Assembly: GCA_031283585.1 (NCBI GenBank)
Contig: JAITBP010000010.1
Coordinates: 43,944 to 75,943 of the forward strand
From: Puniceicoccales bacterium
GTDB taxonomy: Bacteria > Verrucomicrobiota > Verrucomicrobiia > Opitutales > LL51
Reading direction: 5' to 3'
Length of the DNA: 32,000 nucleotides
Position numbers and translations under genes: made by a program. Shown here piece after piece: positions 8,912-18,594 of this stretch (its first letter is position 1; each line of letters opens with the position of its first letter). Below the pieces are notes generated by a model. That model ran no database searches, was not told the DNA's origin, and saw nothing but the letters and a program-made list of their open reading frames with translations.

Positions 8912-10294
8912 TTAAACTACTGTTAAGCGATTGGGTCTTTGTATCTTAGTAAAAAATTGTTGCCTGACTGCCGGCATACATTGCTGGGCGGCATATATTG
9001 CCAGGGCCAATGCCCAAAATCTATCCGCATGGCCATTTTTACCGCGATCGGCATAGAACCTGATATTGCCAGAAAAAGTTACCTCCTTCTTTATAGCCCT
9101 CAGATCGGCACGGATGGCCGGATCATCAGGAATCTTCACCGAACCAGTTTCGAAAGTCGTCAGCAACAAATAGGCCAATTTTTCTTTTATATAATTGGTA
9201 AAAGTGATGCCTTCGACCTTGTATTTTCCAAAAAACGCCGATGCACGCTCTGTAAATTGCCTACCGATACCGGTCTGATCTATGCCAATTCTTCTCAAAA
9301 ATGGTATGCTCAGAAACTCATGCAGAACCCGCTCTTGCTCGGAAAACGGTGCGTCTTTTAGGCAAATCACCCGCCTTGTTTCCAGGCAATCGCCACTTCT
9401 TTCTAGCAACCAAAACACCGTAAGGTCATGATCACGACCAATATCAATTCCAAGAAACACATTATCACTCTGCAAAGTTTCATAATTCAAAATCTCCCAA
9501 TCATCACCATGTTTATAGGTGCATTTATCGATCAGTTCCGTTGGCAGGAAAATTGACTGATCATCCCAGGGAACACACATATATTCCTGCATAAACGACT
9601 CCTCATCCGGGCAAGAACTTCTGACATAATCGAAATACTCTGCCTCATCCATATGCTGCCTAGGATCATCTTCGGGTAATTTTCCTTTTAGTTTTGCCAA
9701 AAACCCTTGATCGAGAGCATCCTGTAGCGTAACTCTGTGATGTGAAAATTTCCTAAAATTACCGTTTTCACTTATATCTTTCAGCAACCTATTGAAAAAA
9801 TTTTGAGAACCCCGGTGGGTGGATATGATTTCCAGTCGACCACCCCAGGTTATACCTGGGTAAGCCACTGAATATAAAGCCCTTGGGTTTTGATGAAGGG
9901 CAAATTCGTCCAATACACGATTGCCGCGCTTGCCAGCCTGCGCATCTGGGCTTGACGATAGGGAATGGATATGTGTATTATTTAAAAAGCGCAGGGAAAA
10001 AGAAGCAAAATGCCTCGATTCTGGCAATATTTCAGAGCCCAGGGCCCGCGCGGCAATGTGTAAAATTTTACTAAATTTCCTGCAATCTTCTAGGAAAAGC
10101 TTCGCCTGGATTTCGTCCCTTGATGATACCCAGGAATCGATCTTCTTGTCACAGTTAGCATGTTCTCTAACAAGGCCATAAGCCGAGGCCATAGATATTC
10201 CGATTTGCCTGGATTTTTCCATTATTTTCAGGCTTGAATCATCATTGATCCATCGCGACTGATAGGGTAAAAAAAATTTTTCCGAAACATCCAT
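8912..10294 (-). CDS. Terminase large subunit (Mu gp28-like)
   Basis: 460 aa. The N-terminus (FLPYQSRWINDDSSLKIMEKSRQIGISMASA) matches the LPYQ..W..D.S..K...KSRQ.G.S motif of gp28-like terminases. It lies upstream of the portal gene. Confidence 0.8.
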   Translation of the reverse strand: MDVSEKFFLPYQSRWINDDSSLKIMEKSRQIGISMASAYGLVREHANCDKKIDSWVSSRDEIQAKLFLEDCRKFSKILHIAARALGSEILPESRHFASFSLRFLNNTHIHSLSSSPDAQAGKRGNRVLDEFALHQNPRALYSVAYPGITWGGRLEIISTHRGSQNFFNRLLKDISENGNFRKFSHHRVTLQDALDQGFLAKLKGKLPEDDPRQHMDEAEYFDYVRSSCPDEESFMQEYMCVPWDDQSIFLPTELIDKCTYKHGDDWEILNYETLQSDNVFLGIDIGRDHDLTVFWLLERSGDCLETRRVICLKDAPFSEQERVLHEFLSIPFLRRIGIDQTGIGRQFTERASAFFGKYKVEGITFTNYIKEKLAYLLLTTFETGSVKIPDDPAIRADLRAIKKEVTFSGNIRFYADRGKNGHADRFWALALAIYAAQQCMPAVRQQFFTKIQRPNRLTVV

Positions 10295-10612
10295 CTATAA
10301 TAGCCTCAATTGGGTTTCAAGATCCTCGATTACAGCCTCGGACAAAGGCTGCCTAAAATCTGTGTTTTGACTCCCATGTTTTGACTGTTCCATGGAACAC
10401 ATGGTTGTGTGGCAGGTAAAAAGTTTTTGAATGACGCCGGACAGGGTATTCAGGTCCGAAACAGAAACCTCATCGGATCGACACAGTAAATCGAAAAGTA
10501 TTTGCCAGGTGCGAGCTAGAGAAGCCCCAGCTATGGACGAGGAAATTTCCAGGCTATCCAGCATCACATCAGCACCAGGTTTCACGGATTTTAATATCTG
10601 CTTGGGTTCCAT
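10295..10612 (-). CDS. Hypothetical phage protein (position suggests small terminase subunit)
   Basis: The track start 10618 is TTG; the ATG is at 10612. The stop codon directly abuts the TerL ATG. No recognisable motif. Confidence 0.35.
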   Translation of the reverse strand: MEPKQILKSVKPGADVMLDSLEISSSIAGASLARTWQILFDLLCRSDEVSVSDLNTLSGVIQKLFTCHTTMCSMEQSKHGSQNTDFRQPLSEAVIEDLETQLRLL

Positions 10613-10739
10613 TGACAACGAGCAGAGTATAACACAGAAATCCCCGATGATAATGAATCGGTTTGGGCTATTGGATAGGGTCGCAGGAACTATTAAATTG
10701 CGACAAATTGCAGGATTGGGTAGACAGATTTAACCACCC

Positions 10740-10813
10740 TGGCTGCCCGGCCAGGATTCGAACCTAGACTAACGGGACCAAAACCCGCTGTGCTACCGTT
10801 ACACCACCAGGCA
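10740..10813 (-). tRNA. tRNA-Gln (anticodon UUG), CCA encoded
   Basis: Hand-folded 74-nt cloverleaf. The 7-bp acceptor stem is UGCCUGG/CCGGGCA. The D arm is GUGU-AACGGUA-GCAC. The anticodon arm is GCGGG-UUUUGGU-CCCGU, giving anticodon UUG. The variable loop is 4 nt, the T arm is CUAGG-UUCGAAU-CCUGG, and the discriminator is G followed by CCA. Confidence 0.9.
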
Positions 10814-10880
10814 ATATTAGAGTGAATCGAATAAACAGCTCAAGGTCTTGCAAGTAAAAAGTAATGCAATCCATGGCCTG

Positions 10881-11924
10881 TCATTTATCCTCGCCATAGT
10901 AAACTTCACCTGGTATACCGCACTCTAGCCCTAGAGCCTTCATGGTTTCCCTGTTAACGCATATATGTGTAGCAGTTCTTTTCACAGGAATATATCCCAT
11001 TTTTACACCAAATTGATTGATCTCAATGATATCTGCGGCTGTTCTTCCGGCCATATTGTAATCAGGTGTGGTTCCCATAAGGGCACCTCCAGCAACCATC
11101 TCTTCGGTTTCAGCAATCAACGGAATCTTCAATTCGTTTGCCATGGCTACGATCTCCTTTATGTTTGAAGCAAACAGTGAACTAGCTGTCAGGAAAAGCG
11201 CATCAACTTTATACATAGCCCGATTGGTTTTCATATCGAATATTATACTCATTAGATCTTTACCTTTATTTACATCGATCCGCTGTACTACAAATCCAAA
11301 ATTTTTCGAACTTTCCACTATTTGATAGTAACTATCAACGCAACTTTGCTCCTTGGTACTGACAAACACACCAAGTTTTTTAAATTTCAGGAACTTTACC
11401 GCGTTGTTGATCTGCGATTCTATCGATACAGAACACTTAACACCGGATAAATTGCCACCGTTGTATTCACTGTTACTATTGATAAGCCCACATTTCTCTG
11501 GAAAGCTCACGATATTGAATACGTGTGGAATAGAATTATTGAGTTTTTCAGACACCATCAATGACGTGACCGTCCCAAATGTATAAACATAGTCAATCCT
11601 GTCTGTGGTTATTCCGGTTGATAGGAATTTTTTTAATGATTTTGCACTCTTCCCGGCGTCAAAAACTATATATTTGGCATCATAGCCAAGCTCTTTTAAT
11701 CTATCAAAAAAACCAAGTTCTGCCTCGGTTTCACCACGCCAGGTGATAACAAATATGGTCAGATCTTTTTTGCCGTAGTGCGGAAAATCAACTAACCTGG
11801 TTGCATCAGCCCCAGGGCCCTGGGACATTACAGCTTTTTTCGGTTTTGTATCACCACCACATGGGGAAAAATAACATAAGTATAATAAAGCCAATATACT
11901 TATGGATCGTATATTCATGACCAT
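10881..11924 (-). CDS. ABC-transporter substrate-binding lipoprotein (ABC_sub_bind-like), orphan
   Basis: 347 aa. Signal peptide with a lipobox-like ...LCYFSPCGG. The overall periplasmic-binding-protein pattern is by impression. No permease or ATPase gene is adjacent. Confidence 0.5.
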   Translation of the reverse strand: MVMNIRSISILALLYLCYFSPCGGDTKPKKAVMSQGPGADATRLVDFPHYGKKDLTIFVITWRGETEAELGFFDRLKELGYDAKYIVFDAGKSAKSLKKFLSTGITTDRIDYVYTFGTVTSLMVSEKLNNSIPHVFNIVSFPEKCGLINSNSEYNGGNLSGVKCSVSIESQINNAVKFLKFKKLGVFVSTKEQSCVDSYYQIVESSKNFGFVVQRIDVNKGKDLMSIIFDMKTNRAMYKVDALFLTASSLFASNIKEIVAMANELKIPLIAETEEMVAGGALMGTTPDYNMAGRTAADIIEINQFGVKMGYIPVKRTATHICVNRETMKALGLECGIPGEVYYGEDK

Positions 11925-11963
11925 ACCCTACAGGAATATAGGATTATGTCAATTTTTTGTGAA

Positions 11964-12731
11964 TCATAATCGAATATCGATCCCAACCGGAGCATGGTCC
12001 GAGCCATAGACATTATTGAATATGAATACCCCATCGACGTAACCTTGTAGCTTCCTACTTATGAGTATATAGTCCAGCCGCCAACCCACATTACGTTCCC
12101 TGGATTTCATCCTGTAGGACCACCAGCTATAGGCCTTCTTCTCCTCTGGATAGAAATGTCTGTAGCTGTCTAGGAAACCACTGGCTATATAATTCGAAAA
12201 TCCAGACCTCTCTTCGTCGGTAAATCCATTGCTGAAATGGTTGTGATCCGGATTCTCAAGGTCTATTTCCTGATGAGCCACATTGAAATCGCCACAGGCT
12301 ATCACCGGCTTCGTTGATTCCAATTTTAGCAACAATTTTAAAAATTCTGGATCCCATATTTTTTGCCTAAATTCCAACCTGGACAGATCGGGTTTGGAGT
12401 TTGGTGTGTAAACATTTACCAAAAAAAATTTGTCATACTCGACCACAATCACCCTACCCTCTTTCTCACCGGTGGTTGAATCAAGAACCGTATTTGAATC
12501 CACCGCTATGGTATCCAGTTTTGAAAAAATAGCCGTACCCGAATATCCTTTTCGGTTGGCGTTGTTAAACATCAGGTTACTGCACTCGAAATCGATAGTT
12601 GCGATGGCTTCCTGGTTCACCCTGGTTTCCTGTAGACATAATATATCCGGCTTAAGAAAAGAAACCGCACCGGAAAAATCTTTTTTCAGGATCGAGCGTA
12701 ACCCATTTACATTCCATGAAACGATTCTCAT
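11964..12731 (-). CDS. xth: Exodeoxyribonuclease III
   Basis: MRIVSWNVNGLRS...LCLQETR...GYSGTAIFSK...GDFNVAH...SWWSYR...GWRLDY...GSDHAPV are canonical ExoIII/AP-endonuclease motifs. The track start 12737 is TTG; the ATG is at 12731. Confidence 0.9.
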   Translation of the reverse strand: MRIVSWNVNGLRSILKKDFSGAVSFLKPDILCLQETRVNQEAIATIDFECSNLMFNNANRKGYSGTAIFSKLDTIAVDSNTVLDSTTGEKEGRVIVVEYDKFFLVNVYTPNSKPDLSRLEFRQKIWDPEFLKLLLKLESTKPVIACGDFNVAHQEIDLENPDHNHFSNGFTDEERSGFSNYIASGFLDSYRHFYPEEKKAYSWWSYRMKSRERNVGWRLDYILISRKLQGYVDGVFIFNNVYGSDHAPVGIDIRL

Positions 12732-12741
12732 CGGCAACCTT

Positions 12742-13863
12742 TTATTGTTTCCTTGTTTTTGGACAACCTGCTTTCAGCCAAGCATTTATGAACATATCTA
12801 TATCACCATCCATTATTGCCTGGAGATTTGTTCCTTCCACACCGGTACGCAGATCTTTCACCAATTGATAGGGCTGAAACACATAGCTGCGTATTTGGTT
12901 TCCCCAACCAATTTCACCTTTTTCGCCATAAAATTTGTCCATCTCCGAACGTTTTTCATCCTGCATTCTTTCATATATCCTGGCTCTAAGCGTTTTCATT
13001 GCTGAGTCTTTATTTTTATACTGGGACCTCTCGTTCTGGCATGTCACAACTATGCCCGTTGGCAGATGAGTTATTCTGATGGCAGATTCGGTTTTATTCA
13101 CATGTTGGCCGCCTTTTCCACTAGAACGGTAGGTATCTATCCGGATATCATCCTCCTGTATATTTACGGCAATGTCATCTTCTATTTCCGCAATAACATC
13201 CACCGAGCAAAAGGACGTGTGGCGCTTATGGTTTGCATCGAATGGGCTAAGCCTTACCAGTCTATGTACACCACGCTCGGCCTTTGCATAGCCATAGGCA
13301 TTCTTCCCAACTAACCTAAGGGTAATACTGTTCAGGCCTACACCATCACCTTCCTGAATATCCTGAACCTCGACCGTAAAACCTCTACGCTCGGCCCATC
13401 TCATATACATCCTAAATAACATATCGGCCCAATCACAGGATTCGGTTCCTCCGGCCCCGGCATGTATACTAAATATGGCATTACAGTGATCCTGGGGCTG
13501 ATTCAAAAAAGACACCAATTCCAGTGAATCAAGCTCGTTGGCCAAGGTACCAACCGTGGCTGAAAGCTCCTGAAGATGCTCTTCATTGTCATTCTGTTGG
13601 TCAATCAATTCAGCTAGAATCATCGCATCATCAAGCTTTTGCCTAAATTCAATAATCGCTTTGATCGAGGTTTTTAGATCGCTTACCTTGCCCACCGTAT
13701 TCTGTGCATTTTCCTGATTGTTCCAGAAATTATTAGTAGCCATTTCTGTTTCCAGCCTATTGATTTCAAGCTTCTTACCTGATACATCCAGGAAATCAGC
13801 AATTGCCTCGGAACGCTTGATTAAATCCTTGATAGATGCACTGATTTCTGCTGGAATGGCCAT
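12742..13863 (-). CDS. prfB: Peptide chain release factor 2 (single uninterrupted frame)
   Basis: Contains the SPF tripeptide (RLSPFDANHKRHTSF) and the GGQ motif (SGKGGQHVNKTESAIRITH). 373 aa in one frame with no internal in-frame stop near codon 25. Confidence 0.92.
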   Translation of the reverse strand: MAIPAEISASIKDLIKRSEAIADFLDVSGKKLEINRLETEMATNNFWNNQENAQNTVGKVSDLKTSIKAIIEFRQKLDDAMILAELIDQQNDNEEHLQELSATVGTLANELDSLELVSFLNQPQDHCNAIFSIHAGAGGTESCDWADMLFRMYMRWAERRGFTVEVQDIQEGDGVGLNSITLRLVGKNAYGYAKAERGVHRLVRLSPFDANHKRHTSFCSVDVIAEIEDDIAVNIQEDDIRIDTYRSSGKGGQHVNKTESAIRITHLPTGIVVTCQNERSQYKNKDSAMKTLRARIYERMQDEKRSEMDKFYGEKGEIGWGNQIRSYVFQPYQLVKDLRTGVEGTNLQAIMDGDIDMFINAWLKAGCPKTRKQ

Positions 13864-13918
13864 GTATGTGGAACTAATCTTACCTGGGACCAGCTATCGT
13901 CAATTAAAATTAAATAAA

Positions 13919-15274
13919 TTAAATAAAACCCTTGATGAATTGAATAGCACCTGGTTCATCAAAAAATTTACCATTCAGCTGTGCTTCAAAGGCCAAATCC
14001 AACAATTGACTAAAATTTTTCCCCGGTACCAGGCCAAGGTCGATTAGATGTCTCCCAAGCAACAGCGGTGTGGGTTTCTCATACAATACACCGAGCTTTT
14101 TGGCACGATCCTGTATTAACTCCTCATTGGTACCATGAATTTTTACCCTACGAAATGTGTCGCAAAGAGATACTTTTATCAACAGATCTATCCGCTCAAC
14201 CTGGGTTGCCAAAACCCGTATGTCTGTGTCCATGTCATTGCTTTTCACTATATCTCTGATATCCATATGATGCTCAACAAGATGAAGTACTTGGTCTACA
14301 ATGCGTTTTGGCACACGCATTCTTTCCAAAAATACTCTGGCAGGAGCAACACCACATTTGGCATGGCCATGGTTGTGTATTCCATTTTTATCGCGAAACA
14401 TGGTGGCTGGTTTGCCAAAATCATGGCATAGCAGTGCAAACCCAACGACCATATCGTCAAAAACATCACCGCTTCTAACCCTAGGAAAATAATCCATGGC
14501 CAGGCAAACATGTTCGAAAACGTCGCCCTCGGGGTGTAGTATTGGATCTTGTTCACAGCCAACAAGATTGCTCACCTCTGGAAAATATCTCAGCCATCCA
14601 CAGGCTTTCAGAAATCTGAGGCCTCTCGACGGGGTTTTCCCTAGCAATAGTAATTTTTTCCATTCTCCTAAAATCCGTTCACAAGAAATATTATCGCAGG
14701 AAAGACCTCGTGAAATCTCAATGGTTTCCTCGGCCACAGTCATATCAAATCTCGCCGTAAATTGCATCGCTCTGAGAACTCTCAGTGGATCCTCGGCAAA
14801 TTTATCGCTGGTGTGTCTAAGTAGTTTATTTTTTATATCCTTCAGGCCATCGAACCTGTCAATCACCTGGTTAGATAGCAGATCAAAATATAGGGCATTT
14901 ATGGTGAAGTCCCTACGTGATGCTGCCATGGCAATATCCATATCTGTCCTCTCAACTATGGAAAATGTTCTGTGAGTTTCACCAATCTTTTCCTCGGTTC
15001 TTGGCACAGAAATATCCATATCAAGGCCATGAATCTTGATTACACCAAAACTCTTACCAACATAATCTATATCGTGATCTTTAGCCAATATCGATGAAAG
15101 AACGTCAGAACTAATATTAAAAACTTCCAGGTCTAGGTCTGTGATCGGTTCGCCAAGAATCGCATCTCTAACACAGCCACCAACAAAATAACATTTCGCT
15201 CCATTTGAATGCAGGGTAGATAAAACTTTCCTAAGTTTTCCGGTTGATGCTAAATCTACGAGCTCCTGTAACAT
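13919..15274 (-). CDS. cca: CCA-adding tRNA nucleotidyltransferase with HD domain
   Basis: The N-terminus (YFVGGCVRDAILGEPITDLDLEV) is the polymerase-beta nucleotidyltransferase signature. It also has RRDFTINALY and a C-terminal HD-type region (LLCHDFGKP...HNHGH). Confidence 0.85.
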   Translation of the reverse strand: MLQELVDLASTGKLRKVLSTLHSNGAKCYFVGGCVRDAILGEPITDLDLEVFNISSDVLSSILAKDHDIDYVGKSFGVIKIHGLDMDISVPRTEEKIGETHRTFSIVERTDMDIAMAASRRDFTINALYFDLLSNQVIDRFDGLKDIKNKLLRHTSDKFAEDPLRVLRAMQFTARFDMTVAEETIEISRGLSCDNISCERILGEWKKLLLLGKTPSRGLRFLKACGWLRYFPEVSNLVGCEQDPILHPEGDVFEHVCLAMDYFPRVRSGDVFDDMVVGFALLCHDFGKPATMFRDKNGIHNHGHAKCGVAPARVFLERMRVPKRIVDQVLHLVEHHMDIRDIVKSNDMDTDIRVLATQVERIDLLIKVSLCDTFRRVKIHGTNEELIQDRAKKLGVLYEKPTPLLLGRHLIDLGLVPGKNFSQLLDLAFEAQLNGKFFDEPGAIQFIKGFI

Positions 15275-15310
15275 TTAGATTGGCTATATATAAACATAAA
15301 AATTTTACCA

Positions 15311-15337
15311 TAAAAAAGAGGACCATAAGGTCCTCTT
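15311..15337 (-). terminator. Rho-independent terminator of the 544-aa orphan gene
   Basis: On the minus strand there is a perfect 8-bp stem AGAGGACC / GGUCCUCU (15317-15324 / 15329-15336) with a 4-nt loop, followed by a U6 run. It lies ~30 nt after the stop at 15365. Confidence 0.8.
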
Positions 15338-15364
15338 GGTGGTAATTTTACCTAAATATAGTAA

Positions 15365-16999
15365 TCAATTGTTGATAATCTCCGCCACACTGGACACGAA
15401 ATTAACAACACTATTGCTCACACCCTTTCCAAAGTATCCATCAATCAATCTGGTAGTCAAGGTTTCAAGGTTATCATTCATACTTTTCAGTGACTCTTTT
15501 CTCTGTCTGCATTTTTTATCACCTGTGTTGCGAAAAAATCTACCCGTTGCCGGATCAAACAGATTCCGTTGCTGAAGCTCAAACATCAATGAGCGTATAG
15601 TAGGTACCTCCAGTGACCTGATCATATTTGCTGTAAAATTTTCAATTATTACATAGGCATTTTGTGTCATATGGATTTTCAATACATTACATAATAACTT
15701 AATATTGGTCAAGATTCGGACCAATATTATATTAAACAGCCCACCATTTCCTTTTATAGCCTCTGAAGAATTTCTAAGCATAGTAATCTGTTCCTGAGTA
15801 ACACATCCATTCAGTAATCCTTGATGGTACACTTCATCATTGGACAGGCATAATCTTATATTATCCTGCAATTCTGCAATATTATCAATATTATCATTTT
15901 CCAATGCACCTATTATCATTTCCTTTGCAAAATTTGGGAAAAACTTAGCAAGATTCATATAGATCATTATGATAATCATGTTTTGCAAATTTTGTGGTAT
16001 GCCGTTTGAAAAATCTATACCACAACCGACCTCTTCCCAACGCTTTTGTAAAATTGTGTTTACGAAACACAGATCAAACCCAATGCCATTTAATAATTCA
16101 TACTCAAGATTTGAGCACATACGCGCAAAACTCATTGGAAGAGGCATTTTGTCGACATGATTACAGAATCCGAAACAGGATACCTCAGAACATCTAGCTT
16201 CAGAAGCTCTATGATAATCTCCTGCATAACTGCCTAAGCAAGTTCCTACCAAATTGACCACATTAGAACCTACCTGATTAAGTATGGTTCGTATTTGATT
16301 TTCAATCTCACACATAACCTGCCTTGAAATTTTGATATCAAAACCATGGCAGACAAGCAGTATTTCATCGATGGCTCGCAGTCCTACTTGATGCAAAAAT
16401 CCATTATTTCCGGAAACAGCATTATTGACAAAATATCTTATGGCCATCTGCTCTCTACCGTTTAACCTATTGCTATCTGGCACATAGGTGAATGGATCAC
16501 TATTAGCTATAAATAGCCGCAGACTGTCCGATTCCTCCATACCTTGTATGACACAGCCATTATCTCTAAATTCATTTATAATTTGCCTAACAAACGATGG
16601 CAATTCATCTGCCACTATACGCAGAGCTATATACTTCATTGAATTTATTATATTCGAAACCGTATCTTCGTCGAATAATTCACTCAATGTTATGCTAACC
16701 GAAGACATAGTTTTTTTGAGCATTTTATTTCTGTATCTGGTCGATTCACGTCCTCGTGGATTCTCACCTAGATTAAATCCCATAGAAACCGGGTCATAGA
16801 CAAAAGATCTAGCTCCGTGTAACTTATTCAATAGTCTAGGCATTTCCAGATTACGCTGTTGTGCCACGACCAAATTACGCCGTTGTGCCACAATATTTTT
16901 ATCACTATTATTTTTATTAGTCTTGCCAGCCAATGCAATTCCTGATGATAACCCACTAATAGCTGCGTAGGCTAAATATTTCTTAATATTAATATCCAT
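15365..16999 (-). CDS. Orphan 544-aa protein with N-terminal signal-like segment; no family recognised
   Basis: Long ORF with an ATG start. The N-terminus is MDINIKKYLAYAAISGLSSGIALAGK. It has its own terminator and an AT-rich upstream region, and contains many Cys. No motif was identified. Confidence 0.7.
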   Translation of the reverse strand: MDINIKKYLAYAAISGLSSGIALAGKTNKNNSDKNIVAQRRNLVVAQQRNLEMPRLLNKLHGARSFVYDPVSMGFNLGENPRGRESTRYRNKMLKKTMSSVSITLSELFDEDTVSNIINSMKYIALRIVADELPSFVRQIINEFRDNGCVIQGMEESDSLRLFIANSDPFTYVPDSNRLNGREQMAIRYFVNNAVSGNNGFLHQVGLRAIDEILLVCHGFDIKISRQVMCEIENQIRTILNQVGSNVVNLVGTCLGSYAGDYHRASEARCSEVSCFGFCNHVDKMPLPMSFARMCSNLEYELLNGIGFDLCFVNTILQKRWEEVGCGIDFSNGIPQNLQNMIIIMIYMNLAKFFPNFAKEMIIGALENDNIDNIAELQDNIRLCLSNDEVYHQGLLNGCVTQEQITMLRNSSEAIKGNGGLFNIILVRILTNIKLLCNVLKIHMTQNAYVIIENFTANMIRSLEVPTIRSLMFELQQRNLFDPATGRFFRNTGDKKCRQRKESLKSMNDNLETLTTRLIDGYFGKGVSNSVVNFVSSVAEIINN

Positions 17000-17241
17000 G
17001 ATGAAAAGAATTTTATTGAATTTTTTTTTAATATCTATAGAGGGAGCACTTTTTTACTTTAAATGTAATTAACCATTCAATTTGATAATTAATTAATAAC
17101 TTTCTTGACAATTTTGATAATGTAACCTACCTCTGTTTTTACATTTGCATCCTTTAATATTTTTTATTATCTATGCATATATAAATCCCCGTGTGAATAT
17201 CTTGACAAAATTACAATCCTGTGATTTTGGTAAATAGAGTT

Positions 17242-18594
17242 ATGTTGACTAAATACAAACCAGGTAGCGTTGCTGAGTTATGGGCCATATCTTGGCCTAT
17301 GATGATGGCTGCCTTGTCGAATTATTTCATGACACTTGTCGATAGAATAATTCTGATAAAATACTCCATCGATGCATTTAATGCGGCTTCCTGCGCCCAT
17401 CCATTCTATTGGTCATGCATGCGAACCATGATGTCATTCATAGCTGTAACAAGCGTATTTGTCGGATATTTTAATGGTACAAGGAAATATCATCACATAG
17501 GCAACGTGGTATGGCAAACCATATTTGTTTCCTTTGCCTATTGGATAATTTTGATTCCAATGATGATATATGCCAAAGCATTTTTGGCAGAACCCATTGA
17601 AGCTCTTGGCACACCCTATCTCAGAATTATACTGGCATTTTTACCTTTTTCACTGGCTGGATTTGGGTCCATAGGGTCATTTTTCGTCGGTCGAGGAGAT
17701 ACGCTACTGATGCCGCTAGTGCTGATTATTTCAAACCTAGTAAACATTATTGCAGATGTAGTCCTCGTCTTTGGAAAGCTAGGTATGCCAGAGATGGGAA
17801 TAAAAGGTGCAGCCTATGCTACGGGAATATCAAATGTTACCGCTTTTATCATATTTCTAATGATATTTTTGAGAAAAAATTATGCAGAAAAGTTTCATAC
17901 AAACGAGATCAAGCTATCACCGGGATTATTAAAAAAATGTTTTTCCATAGGGTTTCCAAGCTCTATGAATTCGCTGATAAACTCTATTGGCACAGCAGTA
18001 ATATTCCAGATTATAGCAAAATTTTGTACCAGCGATGACCTGGTTTACTATAACATAGCTTCGTCCATATATATGTTTTTCTGGTTTGTTTTGGATGGTA
18101 TCGGCAAAGGTGTATGTTCCATATCATCGAATAGCATAGGCAGTGGCGAACTTCAGACGATCAAACACGTATTCCTGTCCTCGTTGAAAATAACCTGTCT
18201 ATTTGCCGTGGTAACAAGCTTTTTTATGATTATCAATACCGATATTATAATGTTTATGTTCTCCAATGATAATTATCAAAAAAACGCAGATAATATTTTG
18301 GCCAATATGCTGATCTGGACCTGGGTAAACATAGTAATCGAAAGTATTCGTTGGACCCTTCAAAACATATTGATTTCTGCCGGTGATACTAAGTTCACAA
18401 CCGTTTCCAATATAACATGCTTTTGGTTTTTTGCCTTCGCACCAATATCGGTACTGATATGTAAATTTGGCTATGGAGCATTGATATGCTGGCCGTTTTT
18501 CGCCTTCGACAATATCATGAGAATCATACCTAATATTATTAGAGTCACCTCATTAAAGTTTAAAAACAAAGCCATGACCTTGTCCTATTACTGA
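17242..18594 (+). CDS. MATE family efflux transporter
   Basis: About 450 aa with roughly 12 hydrophobic segments. The N-terminus (ELWAISWPMMMAALSNYFMTLVDRIIL) is typical of MATE proteins. The track start 17221 is GTG; the first ATG is at 17242. Confidence 0.8.
   Translation: MLTKYKPGSVAELWAISWPMMMAALSNYFMTLVDRIILIKYSIDAFNAASCAHPFYWSCMRTMMSFIAVTSVFVGYFNGTRKYHHIGNVVWQTIFVSFAYWIILIPMMIYAKAFLAEPIEALGTPYLRIILAFLPFSLAGFGSIGSFFVGRGDTLLMPLVLIISNLVNIIADVVLVFGKLGMPEMGIKGAAYATGISNVTAFIIFLMIFLRKNYAEKFHTNEIKLSPGLLKKCFSIGFPSSMNSLINSIGTAVIFQIIAKFCTSDDLVYYNIASSIYMFFWFVLDGIGKGVCSISSNSIGSGELQTIKHVFLSSLKITCLFAVVTSFFMIINTDIIMFMFSNDNYQKNADNILANMLIWTWVNIVIESIRWTLQNILISAGDTKFTTVSNITCFWFFAFAPISVLICKFGYGALICWPFFAFDNIMRIIPNIIRVTSLKFKNKAMTLSYY

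Larger units (their letters stand above)
1..10618 (-). mobile_element. Prophage-like structural (packaging/head/tail) gene cluster with Mu-like head module; left border outside window
   Basis: All genes lie on the minus strand with 0-35 nt gaps or short overlaps. Order is small ORF, TerL, portal, protease-scaffold, decoration, capsid, head completion, fibre, tail proteins. The cluster abuts the 3' end of tRNA-Gln. No integrase, repressor, replication or lysis gene lies between the terminase end and the tRNA. Confidence 0.8.

Noticed and set aside
10619-10739. Phage att site or late promoter between the small ORF and tRNA-Gln (a TGTTATACT-like extended -10 on the minus strand at 10626-10634, and a direct GCAATTT x2 at ~10703-10720)
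   Set aside because: The elements are short, with no convincing -35. The candidate -10 is only 13 nt from the ATG. An att core cannot be defined without the other prophage end. They are too weak to call as features.
12430-13005. 191-aa plus-strand ORF spanning the xth/prfB junction
   Set aside because: It lies antisense to two strongly supported genes (ExoIII and RF2 motifs) and its sequence is low-complexity and hydrophobic. It is a shadow ORF.
12742-13863. Programmed +1 frameshift in prfB
   Set aside because: The RF2 ORF is continuous from its ATG (…ADFLDVSGKKLE…), with no in-frame stop or CUU-UGA-type site near codon 25. Absence of the frameshift is known in a sizeable minority of bacteria, so it is not unusual.
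14496-14975. 159-aa plus-strand ORF inside cca, and other antisense ORFs in the track (8939-9361, 6399-6737, 10431-10733, 28049-28405, 30076-30396 and others)
   Set aside because: All are embedded antisense in longer ORFs that have family motifs or clear paralogy. They have no independent start signals and are treated as shadows.
17000-17220. Specific sigma-70 promoters in the divergent AT-rich region (TTGACA at ~17105 and ~17203)
   Set aside because: Neither hexamer has a well-spaced -10 partner by my count. The region is so AT-rich that matches arise by chance.
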